The notes under the pieces are model-generated. The model was given only the letters and a program-made list of their open reading frames with translations, made no database searches and was not told where the DNA came from. A stretch of 64,000 nt of DNA from Naegleria gruberi. Its lineage: Eukaryota. Made by a program: the position numbers and the translations under genes. Positions 1 through 9,707 of the stretch are shown here, one piece after another (the stretch's first letter is position 1; every line of letters starts with the position of its first letter). The DNA lies in assembly GCA_000004985.1 (NCBI GenBank), contig GG738857.1; one strand, written 5' to 3'.

Positions 1-1444
1 GTACATTGGAGCATTTACAAATTAATTCCTTCAAATTGGAATAGACTGATGAATCGAAAATGATTTCGAATAAAGATTCTAAACAAGTCAAGTCAGAAAT
101 ATCCAAGTATTCCAAATTAGATAAGGTAGGAGCACTCAAAAAGGTAACATAGGTACTTTTCAATAATTCCTTGTTTTCGCAATCTAAAGCATATGAATTA
201 GAGATGGTGAGCCTCTTTAGATTTGGGCAATGATAAGTGAGGGAAGGAAAGGTTGAAATGTAGGTATTTTTCAAATACAAATCAGTAATTGAGCTTTGGG
301 AGTTTGGAGGACACTGTACAACCTCTGAATTTTCTTTGGTATACTGTGTTCTCTCTTTAAATATGTTTGCATTTGTCCAATTAAACCGTTCAGCTTTGAG
401 TGTTGTGAGTTTTGGTAAACTTGGAGAAAAAATTAAATTTACAAATTCACTATTTGGCATGTAACCGTAGGAAAGATCAAGGCTAGTAATATTGGTTAAA
501 CTTGTAAACAAGTTTGGGTATTGAGATTCATTCAAGCTACGATTTCTAATAGCCAAATATTCCAGATTGACCTTATCTTTCAAAAATGGGACTAGTCCAT
601 TATCTCCTTTCTTCAAATATTGAACATGTTGTGGTAATTTTAAATGAGTGAGTTGATTCAAATATTTGGATTCTGACATGATTTGAAGAATTGTTTCTGG
701 ATAATCATGACTTGATAAATCTAATTTTTTAACACTAGACATGAAACTGCTATTGAGCAACTCTTTTACCTCCTTTTCTGTAAACTTTCTCATACCGGAC
801 AAGTTTAATTTTGTCAAATTCTTAATTGAACATTTCTTTAAATTCTTCACAGTTTGAATTCCCATATTATTAGATGATAAATCCAATTTTGTCAAATTGT
901 CCAACTTTTTACAAGAAGCAAGAGCTTGAAATGTATCCACACCAGCAGAAAACAATGACAATGAAGTGACATTCTTGATAAATGATCCATCTAATAAACT
1001 GGTAATCTCTTCCTTTCCAATTTTGACTGAATTTCTTTTTGTATAACTTTTAGAACCTAATTTCACTTTAAACGAAAGTCTCTTCAAGGTTTCTCTCCAA
1101 GTCTTGGATACCAATTGACAGGAATTCATCAGAATTGGTAAATCCAAAAATTGATAAATGTGAAATAAATTATCAGAGTTTAATTGATCGGACGAAACTT
1201 TTCTTCTATGCACATCCAAATCCTTCAAGAATTCGTTAATATTGCCCACAAATTCATCAATCATGGAACTATTATTTACAAAATAATGATGACCAACCAA
1301 TTTCACCTTTTTAGAAAGTGAAAGTAATTGATCATTGACAGAGGTCATTTCATTAAATAAAACACCATCAATATTTTCATCAACATGTTCTTCTTTAGAT
1401 GATGATGTTTCTGCGTGTTTTCTCTTCTTGTTTTGTTTTGGCAT
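1..1444 (-). CDS. F-box-like / leucine-rich-repeat protein, N-terminal 481 codons (C-terminus lies beyond window start)
   Basis: This ORF is absent from the supplied track because it stays open to the window edge. The reverse-strand ATG at 1444..1442 sits in an AAAAAAATG context (MPKQNKKRKHAETSSSKEEH...) and the frame is open down to position 1. 'IYQFLDLPILMNSCQLVSKTWRETL' looks like an F-box. It is followed by LRR-like units (LTKLDLSSNNMG, LTKLNLSGM, VKKLDLSSH, LEYLDISDL). Confidence 0.6.
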   Translation of the reverse strand, partial: MPKQNKKRKHAETSSSKEEHVDENIDGVLFNEMTSVNDQLLSLSKKVKLVGHHYFVNNSSMIDEFVGNINEFLKDLDVHRRKVSSDQLNSDNLFHIYQFLDLPILMNSCQLVSKTWRETLKRLSFKVKLGSKSYTKRNSVKIGKEEITSLLDGSFIKNVTSLSLFSAGVDTFQALASCKKLDNLTKLDLSSNNMGIQTVKNLKKCSIKNLTKLNLSGMRKFTEKEVKELLNSSFMSSVKKLDLSSHDYPETILQIMSESKYLNQLTHLKLPQHVQYLKKGDNGLVPFLKDKVNLEYLAIRNRSLNESQYPNLFTSLTNITSLDLSYGYMPNSEFVNLIFSPSLPKLTTLKAERFNWTNANIFKERTQYTKENSEVVQCPPNSQSSITDLYLKNTYISTFPSLTYHCPNLKRLTISNSYALDCENKELLKSTYVTFLSAPTLSNLEYLDISDLTCLESLFEIIFDSSVYSNLKELICKCSNV

Positions 1445-1553
1445 TTTTTTTCTGGTGATTTTCATTCAGATGTTCCAGAAAATGGTAGAAGATTTTTTTT
1501 TCAATTCTTTCATTATTGCCCTTAATAAAAGAAACTAGTTTAAATTAATTTAT

Positions 1554-4548
1554 TTACACATCATTTAAAACATCAAAGAATGAAATCTCCTGATTATACG
1601 AGTTTGTTGAAGCTCTTCTATCTGCAGATGGAGAGAGAGGAGTGTTACTTCCACCTAATTCCAAACTAGTATTATTCAAACTCGTTCCAAGAGGAGATGG
1701 GCTAATTAGTGAGCCACCACTTCCAATTGAACCAGCCAAAGTTTGTGCTGTGCTTAATAAATCGGTGGTTGGTGTATTGGCTTTGTCACTTCCAACACTC
1801 ATAGTTCTTCTCAATTCTCTCATTCTAATTTCACCAAAGAGAACACATCCATCAATCGGTTTGGCATATTGATTGAGCATTGGAATACTTCTGCAACCTT
1901 TCTTTAATTGACGAACTGGAAGATAATTTTCACATAAAAATTCATTCGCAGTCTTGTTCTTGTCATAAACTGAAATACGAATTACAGCCAACTCTGGACA
2001 GGTAATGCTAAAGGCAAATCTCTTGTTAAAAACTGGATTGAAACCATTGTCAGTTACACTTTCTGACTTTTCATCATATTCATCTTGTGGAATACCTAAT
2101 ACTTGAAGTCTGACAAATGGATCAACAATTTCTCCCTTATCACTCATACCTGGTTTTGGCAATTGTTCTCCACAAACAACCTTTCCAATAAAATATTCCA
2201 GTAATTTCATTCAATTATTTAAAATATAAAGTTAATAATAAAAATAAAGAATAGAAACTCACTGTAAAAACAACAGATAATACTGGTGAAGTTCCAGCAG
2301 AGAATGGACTTGGAATGCCCTCTAAACGTAAAAAGTCAGGTTTTACAACATAGCCACATTTTCCATTCTCCTCGAATAAAACTTCGTTAAATCTCATATG
2401 TTCATCATAGGTCTGATAATTGAGAGCAACCATTTGACAACCAGTGGCCCAGCCCAACATTGGATTGTAATTACTTGATGAAATTCTGGTACCTCTTGGA
2501 TAGGTTCTAGAGATGTGATTCTTATTATACTTGACAAGGGCTTCTGGATCCTTCTTTAGGAGCTTTTCCAATTTACCTTCAGAGAAGCTGTGCATTTTCC
2601 AACATGGCTCAGCAAACTCTCCATGGAATGAAACTGCACACAATGCAATTATATCTGAGAGACCTTTGGCAACTTTGGACTTTTTCTTTTCCTTCTTTGG
2701 TTTCTCCTTCGAGGAGGATGGAGTAGAGACAGCTTCGTCATCCTCATCGTCTTCCTCCTCATCGTCATCTTCATCAGTTCCACTGCACAATCTCTTACCT
2801 TTGAGAAGGATCTTTCTCCTCAATTCGTGAGGAGATGGATATGTCACAATATCTTCAGGTGGAGGCATGTACAAATCCTCTCCAAATATTTGGACCATAA
2901 TCTTGGCCATCATTTCTTGTTGTGGTTCACTGCAGTGAACTTCCAATGATAAAATTACAGGGTACTCTGACGCTTTGAAGGCATAGTCGTGAATAATTTG
3001 GACTACATCTCTGAATTTAATTTTAGAGACGAGAGTGTGACCATGGAAAATGATTGGTTCATCCTTACCATCCCAACAATCCAATTCGACACAACGACAG
3101 CCAGTCAACAGTACATCTCTATACTTTTCAACAGAGCTTTCTCCTTTCAATTGATGTCCTGTCAGGTAGGTATTGTGAGAAGATGAAATAAAGTAGTGAG
3201 ACAGTGGTAGAGTCATATCTTGATGTAATTTCTTAAATCCTGGTTTCAATATTGAGTTTGCTTGTGAAAATAAATATCTGGTAAAATCATAACTTGTCAA
3301 ACCCAATCCCATTTCTGTTTGAATGGCTCCATGATTTTGCATTAATTTTTCTGCATCTTCAACTGTTTTAATATCTTGATCATCTTGTTGGGAGAGAATA
3401 AACTCAAAGAATTGTTGAGAGAGTACTAATTGGTGTTTCTTTGAATATCTGGCAAAGATTGTACTTTCAATTTCAGGTCTTCTCATCATAGATTTGTAAA
3501 ATTCAACAAATTCTTGGTATTCAATATATCCACTTCCATCTGTATCAAATTGTTTGTATTTTTGTTTCATTGATTTACTTGACATGTCAATATTCAACTT
3601 TTGGCATAATTTTACAACTTCCTAATAATAGCAAAAATTGTTTAATACATTAAATAAAAAAATTGAATGTGAATAAAACTTACCTTGTAATCCAGTTGTC
3701 CATCATTATTCACGTCAGCTTTCATCCAATGTTTTAAAATCAACAACTTGGTTGGATCTCTATCATAACTAATTCTTGATTCTCTAATCAAGTAATTGAG
3801 TAAACAAATATTTTCATTAAATTCATTCAAACTCTCACACATGATATCAATTTGTTCATCCTTGGCACCATAAATAATTGTATATCCATGTTCCAATTGT
3901 GGTGACTCTATTTTTCTACCAAAATAACCTTTTGATTGAGTTTTTGCTGCTTTACCCATCATGTCACTACCACAAATTTGTTTAATATCTCGTAAAAACA
4001 CTATCAATATCAAATCATTAAATTTCAATTATTTTCATCAATATTACACATCATAATAATAAATAGTACGTGTTTGTTTTGATAATAACAGGTTTAAATA
4101 GTTTAGAATATTTCCTACATACCATGTACTTTAGTTTCCTTCTTTTTCGAATCCTTTACCTCTATAAAAGTTTCCTCATCATCCAATACAAAATAATGAT
4201 CCTTGAGTGTGGTAGCTTTCTTCTCAAGGGATGATTTTAACTTTCTTCCCGACTTGAATTCTTGTAAAATCTTGTTAATATAGGCTGGTTCAGCATATTG
4301 ATAGGTTTGTAGTAAATGTTGATCAATGCAAATCTGTTCACACAATTCACTATTATCACTTCCAACGTGGAAGCTCCACCTCGAGGTGAAGATTCATTAT
4401 TGTGATTTGTTGTTGTTATTGTTGTTGTTCTACTATTATTGATGATGGATGAGGTGATGATGGGTGGTTGTAGTGGTGAGGGTGATGAAGATAATGATGA
4501 TGAAGGCAAATCATCCAATGCTCCTGGGCTTGTTGGATAGGATGACAT
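1554..4548 (-). CDS. Phosphoinositide-specific phospholipase C (delta-type: PH-like, EF-hand, X, Y, C2)
   Basis: Exons on the minus strand are 1554..2180, 2263..3621, 3684..4000 and 4123..~4345, plus an N-terminal ORF reaching ATG 4548 whose junction is unresolved. Introns 2181..2262 (82 nt), 3622..3683 (62 nt) and 4001..4122 (122 nt) are GT-AG and phase-consistent. Motifs seen are an EF-hand ([13 protein letters not shown]), the X box ([20 protein letters not shown]), an acidic X/Y linker, the Y box ([28 protein letters not shown]) and a C-terminal C2 ([10 protein letters not shown]...). Confidence 0.85.
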
Positions 4549-4931
4549 TTTTTTCTAATTGTCAAATGTCGGAGCATGTTGCCAAATGGTTGTGTACCAG
4601 GTGGATACTCATTTGATATTTACACAACAAAGCGTTAATTGTTATTTCAATGAAATTCTTAACATCACTTATTTTCTACCTAACTTCATGTAACATTACA
4701 AGTTCATTCCGAAGCCTAAAATTCTAAATTTTAATGCCTAAAATTAAACAAGCTATTAATATCAATAAGAATAGACACGTTTTCCTTCCAATTTAATAGA
4801 TTCACCTTACTGATTCCATAACAAACGTACTCTATTTTAAATATCTTTGGAGCAATATCACGTTACCGGCAATCTCCTCTATTTAAATTGTGCTTTCACG
4901 TTTTGTTTTTTTAAATCTAAAAATAAAAAAA

Positions 4932-5579
4932 ATGTCTGTTACAAGTAACAGCAATAGTAGTAACGAGATGAAGGAAAATGCGGTTCTGCAGTTTGTTGTA
5001 CACGATGAACAGCAGCCATTATTATTAGGATTAGAATTGGATGGTAATACGAATGAATTGCTATCAATAATTAATAACATGATACCGAGAGAGGATGTAA
5101 ATGATGATCAGGATGAATTTTTAATATTTGATAATTTTGATTTTAATTTACAGTCGCCGAATAATTTGAATTCGAAAAGTGGAAATGATACCCTTATGAA
5201 TAATAGTGATTCTACTTTTAATGCTACAAATAATTATTTATTTAACAATGTGAGAGTAGAGGAAGGGAAGAACAATGAGGATGAATCTGATTTAATATTT
5301 CCCAAACAGTTATGTCTTCCAACTGGAATGACAATAATTTGCAACAATATGGAAGAGTATAAACTGTTTAGGACAATATGTAAGGATCAAGAGACTGGGG
5401 ATTTTATACCTATTGTACAGGAAACTAAACCACCACCATCAGTTCTCAAACGAATGGAAGAAAGAAGGAAGGAATTATCTTTAAGGAATAATCAAAATAA
5501 TCAAAATAATCAACATAATAGGGAGAGTCATTTAATGAATCGGGGTTGTGAAACCTCACAAGATGAAAAAGAAACTTGA
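4932..5579 (+). CDS. Hypothetical Asn/Asp-rich protein
   Basis: Uninterrupted ORF. I place the start at the first ATG (4932, AAAAAAAATG context), not the track's non-ATG start at 4890. No domain recognised. Confidence 0.5.
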   Translation: MSVTSNSNSSNEMKENAVLQFVVHDEQQPLLLGLELDGNTNELLSIINNMIPREDVNDDQDEFLIFDNFDFNLQSPNNLNSKSGNDTLMNNSDSTFNATNNYLFNNVRVEEGKNNEDESDLIFPKQLCLPTGMTIICNNMEEYKLFRTICKDQETGDFIPIVQETKPPPSVLKRMEERRKELSLRNNQNNQNNQHNRESHLMNRGCETSQDEKET

Positions 5580-5977
5580 ACGAATGATTGGGTCAACTGT
5601 GTATGAAAAGGATTTTTTCGGGATGTAAAAGAATCGAGAAAATATTCCCACTCACTAGGTACTAAAATTTATCAGTCAGAGTAGTATCATCTGATTAGAT
5701 CTAGGCATGCTTGAAAGGAATTAGCAAAATTCTATTACAAAATTTGAATAGTTTTTTGTAAATAATAACAAGAATAAGCTCAAAATTATTCTTTTTATCC
5801 TTTTTTCTATTCTTTTAAAATATAATTTAAGGTTTACACAAGCAACACTACCAATAAATTGACCATCAACGTGGAAATGGTCCATGATCTGGTGGTTGTT
5901 TGAGTTCGTTGATAATCACAAAAATTACAAACCAAATTTTTATTGCTCTTATTAACATTTTTTTCAAAGAAGCCAGA

Positions 5978-6058
5978 GCAGACTTGGCCGAGAGGTTAAG
6001 GCGCGAGACTCGAAATCTCGTGGGGAAACCTTCGTAGGTTCGAATCCTGCAGTCTGCG
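5978..6058 (+). tRNA. tRNA-Ser(CGA): tRNA-Ser (anticodon CGA), class II with long variable arm
   Basis: Folds as an 81-nt cloverleaf. Acceptor GCAGACT/AGTCTGC, anticodon stem CGAGA/TCTCG with loop CT-CGA-AA, 13-nt variable region, T arm GTAGG-TTCGAAT-CCTGC, discriminator G. Confidence 0.9.
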
Positions 6059-6411
6059 ACTGACTTTTACTTTCTCCCAATATCAGCGATCTTTTCTCCC
6101 GTTGTTTAACTTTAAATACTTCAACTTTCTATATCTTCACATCCACAACTGTTATACTATCATATCTGAAAATATTACCTCTCTTCTCCAAGTAATTATC
6201 TAGAACGAGCTGTTCTAAACTGTCGATAGGTTTTTTAGCTTGAACTTTTCTTCGTCAAAGAGTTGGGACTATGCAGATGTGGAGAGTGTATGTGAAGAGA
6301 ATCTTGATAAATGTAATTATTGTGCTCATAGGAATGTTGAGCAAAAGTCTAGTTGTTATGTTTTTCTGCAAATATGAAATTGAAATTGCAAATAAAGTTC
6401 ATTAATAAAAA

Positions 6412-7353
6412 ATGTCGCAACTTGAAGACCCATCTTGATAAATTCTCTTCCCATAGAATTAATTTTGGATATTTATTCATTTTGCAATTTGGATGATTTA
6501 CGTAATTTAATGTTGTCTTTTTCACAATTTTATGAATTGTTGAAAAGTTCGGAAGCATATAGAGTGTGGATGATTCAATTACATCATCTCGATCTTATAC
6601 GAAACTCGAAAGAGAGAAAAACAAGGAAACAATTCAAGAATTTTTCCTTTTTGGAATTGAGTGATAATTTCGAAAGAGTTGGAAAGAATGGTTCCATTGA
6701 AAATAGAACGACAGTAATAATGAAGGTAATTCGTAAACAGTTACATTATTGTATTTTGAAGGAATTGGGTAGTGCAACTTTTTTAGAGAAATGCCATGAA
6801 AGACCAAGGTATTTGGAGGATTTTAGAGATTTGGTGATTGAAAAATTGACCAAAACTTGTGTCATTACATCGATGAATAGATATTTACTGGAATATGATC
6901 CATTCTATTTGTTTAAATATTCTAGTACAAGTACGATTGATCAGATCTTTTTGCAAACAGTTTGTAGATTTATGTTTTTGACAGAAAGTAGTTCTTTTGG
7001 AAGTGATAGTCCATTTCTCCAAACTTGGAAAAAAATGTCAAATAATCAATTGGAACCTAATGTTAAAATTTGGAAGGAAGTTTACCAGAAAAGGTTTTGC
7101 AAGAATACCAAAGCTTGTTTGTTGGCCTATTCAACTGCCTTATTATTTACATGACGGAGAATACAAGACAGCTAGTGAGTTGGTGAAAGAAGAGGGCAGA
7201 TTGAAATGGTTACCACGTTTCATTGAAGAGTTTGAATGTGGTGAAGAATTCAAAAATTTGACGAATCCAAACTGTGAGGAAGCATTAGGATACTGCCAAC
7301 ACTATTTCTACAAGTTCAATATCAATACTGGAAAAAGGCAGTACTTTTATTAA
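6412..7353 (+). CDS. F-box protein, with two unresolved reading-frame changes
   Basis: F-box 'SLPIELILDIYSFCNLDDLRNLMLSFSQFYELL' lies in ORF 6435..7154. The only well-placed ATG (6412, AAAAAATG) is in a different frame and hits TGA after 8 codons. The C-terminal part continues in ORF 6997..7353. That junction needs either a 52-nt GT-AG intron (7062..7113) or a 1-nt change in the T4 run 7095..7098. Confidence 0.5.
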
Positions 7354-7437
7354 CCTGAACAAAGGACTGATTCACTTGGAATATTTACTTAGTTTATCTT
7401 ATAAATAGTTCAATATTATGATTTTTGTATTGTGGTT

Positions 7438-7555
7438 GGCTACGGCCATATCACGATGAATGCACCTCATCCCGTCCGATTTGAGAAGTTAAGCATCGTC
7501 GAGCCACATCAGTACTGAGGTTGGAGACAACTTGGGAACCTGTGGTGCTGTAGTC
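7438..7555 (+). rRNA. 5S ribosomal RNA
   Basis: 118 nt matching the eukaryotic 5S pattern (GGCTACGGCCATATCAC...GAAGTTAAGC...AGTACTGAGGTTGGAGACAACTTGGGAA...GTGCTGTAGTC). The termini pair to form helix I. A T5 run (7556..7560) follows immediately, typical of a Pol III terminator. Confidence 0.85.
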
Positions 7556-7730
7556 TTTTTAGTGAGCTTTTTCAATTTCCTTTTGAACAATAATTCAATA
7601 GGACATTAATACAGTTGCTTAATAGTTTAAGCAAAGAGAGTATAATTTCCTGCGAAATAAGATTTATTGAACATTGTAGTTTTAATACTTTAATACGGAG
7701 AAAATCCCCTTAATTGTTTTTCAAAAAAAA

Positions 7731-8876
7731 ATGGCTGAAACACTATTGTTCTCAACTCATAACCAAGCTGTACGGAAGAATATTGAACATTGGAAAACTT
7801 ACATCCACAAAAAAACTAATTTCTTAAAGGAAAACAAACTTTTCTTTAAATCACGAATGTCTGAAAATATGGAACAACGAAGCAGATTATTATATGATGT
7901 TTTATCTCCCGAGCAAAGAGAAGAAATAATTATTGATAAGTTTGTTCTTGATTTGTTTCTGATATGGAATGTACAAGATTACTATGATGATCTTGAGAAA
8001 AGCTTTCAAGTTCCGTTTTTTTTGAATGACCATTTCGATAAATATACCATGTACAGCTTGCTGTTTTTTAGAAAGATATTGTTTGAATCTGATTCTTATA
8101 TGGAGGAATACATTAGAGAATACCCAAAGATAGCAATTTATTCTCCCATGTTCAAATGTTTTTCTAGTTTTGTAAAGGAAGAATATGACTTGAAGAGTAA
8201 GAGATCCTCAATGTTAAATCACATTCCCTTCTTGAATTTCATTATTAAGCTTTTTAATTCTATGGGAGTTGAAGTTAAGGTGAATGATTATTTAAGAGAT
8301 GAGAATGGAAATATCCTAGTCAATCAATTACTAGCAATTAGCTATGAACAATTTAATATGTGTGGAATAGTTTCAAATGACTTGTCAATAGAGAGTGAAG
8401 AGGAATGGAGAAACTGTATTTTCACTTCACACATAATGCAAAGAAAACAAACAAACTTCAAAAAAGGTAGTATGTTCTCTCTTTGTTTCATTATCCATGG
8501 TTGTAAAATTACTTTCTTTTGTTCACATCAACCTTATTCATTGGATTATTTCGTATTCAACAAGATTCAAACCTGGGACTTTTGCAATGTGGATCATCTT
8601 ATTGAAATAGTTGGATGCCTTTTCATGTTTATAAGTCTTTCGTGGATGAATTCAAAAACAAATCCTTTTGAATATAAAACTGGAGAGATTCTTTCTGCAA
8701 TGAACACTGTTGAACTTTATGAACAAAAACTAAAAGAAAAACAAAAATATGAACAGGAGAGACAACAGTATAGGATAATTAAGGAAAAGCATAGATTGTT
8801 AAAGAGAAAGGACAAAAAAATTAAGTTTACTGATAGTGTTATAGAGCAATTATTAAAATGTACAATTAATAAATAG
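7731..8876 (+). CDS. Hypothetical protein (381 aa), Lys/Glu-rich C-terminal tail
   Basis: Single long ORF starting at an ATG in an AAAAAAAAATG context. No recognisable domain. Confidence 0.55.
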   Translation: MAETLLFSTHNQAVRKNIEHWKTYIHKKTNFLKENKLFFKSRMSENMEQRSRLLYDVLSPEQREEIIIDKFVLDLFLIWNVQDYYDDLEKSFQVPFFLNDHFDKYTMYSLLFFRKILFESDSYMEEYIREYPKIAIYSPMFKCFSSFVKEEYDLKSKRSSMLNHIPFLNFIIKLFNSMGVEVKVNDYLRDENGNILVNQLLAISYEQFNMCGIVSNDLSIESEEEWRNCIFTSHIMQRKQTNFKKGSMFSLCFIIHGCKITFFCSHQPYSLDYFVFNKIQTWDFCNVDHLIEIVGCLFMFISLSWMNSKTNPFEYKTGEILSAMNTVELYEQKLKEKQKYEQERQQYRIIKEKHRLLKRKDKKIKFTDSVIEQLLKCTINK

Positions 8877-8991
8877 AATAACCAAAGTTTAAACACCTTC
8901 TGACCTAGATGTTGGTTAATTAAGAGATTTTAGGTTCCGATTTATTAAGATATTAAGACATTAGCATATTTTTATGAGGAATGAATAAGAT

Positions 8992-9063
8992 TCCCGTGTA
9001 GTCCAATGGCTAGGATACCTGGCTTTCACCCAGGAGGTCCGGGTTCAATTCCCGGCATGGGAG
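8992..9063 (+). tRNA. tRNA-Glu(UUC): tRNA-Glu (anticodon UUC)
   Basis: Folds as a 72-nt cloverleaf. Acceptor TCCCGTG/CATGGGA (one G-U pair), anticodon stem CCTGG/CCAGG with loop CT-TTC-AC, 4-nt variable loop, T arm CCGGG-TTCAATT-CCCGG, discriminator G. A T-rich tract lies downstream. Confidence 0.9.
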
Positions 9064-9707
9064 AATCATTTTGTTTATTATTCAAAAAACTAGTCTTAAT
9101 TCGTGATAGTTCCTGTTTGAGATTTTCGACCACAAGCTTAGGTCAGAAATTATTTCCTTCCAAACAATCCGATGGGATATCCTGTTGTTTTTCTTATCTA
9201 CCATTGACGCACTTGTCCCTTCTTCAATGAAACTGAATATTTTTAAAATTCTTACTTCATTCCAATAGAAATAGTTCTCATCTTCAACGCTTAGTGTTTT
9301 TAATTAAAAAATGAACAGTTCTAACTAATTTACTAGACTTGGGCTAGTTCCATTGTTTTCGTTTGTAAAAGCAAATGTCGAGATGTGGCCACATTTGACT
9401 CCTCAAAGAAATTCTTCGCTCAACAACAAATTCCATTTAACTTTTTTCGAATCGTAAAATAAATTAACAAAATAATCATGAAGTTAACAAGTATCTAAAA
9501 TAGTTTCTGACTACCATTCTAAACAAATAACTTTTCACAAGAATCATTTTCACATCATCAAGTACCCAATTACCCAACCAAAAAAAAATCATTCAATACC
9601 CTACCTCATCCTAGTCTGGTCAATTGATACGTATTGACGTTAATTTTCACAACAACACTCATCAACGCCTGTTTTCCATCAAAACTAATCAAAACTAATT
9701 CAAACTA

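Noticed and set aside
2531-2830. Antisense or overlapping short ORFs in the track (for example 1642..1872, 2531..2830, 12445..12690, 13283..13552, 18426..18818, 19389..19784, 23802..24149, 39642..39848, 55470..55733, 57381..57641)
   Set aside because: They lie opposite or inside much longer ORFs with clear domain content. They translate to low-complexity or hydrophobic strings typical of shadow ORFs in AT-rich coding DNA.
4345-4400. 26-46-nt GT-AG pairs as the fix for the PLC N-terminal frame change
   Set aside because: They are either shorter than any supported intron here (minimum 39 nt) or leave an in-frame stop after splicing.
9006-9230. 74-aa ORF in the supplied track
   Set aside because: It begins inside tRNA-Glu (8992..9063) and runs through its T arm. 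It has no start context and its composition is not protein-like.
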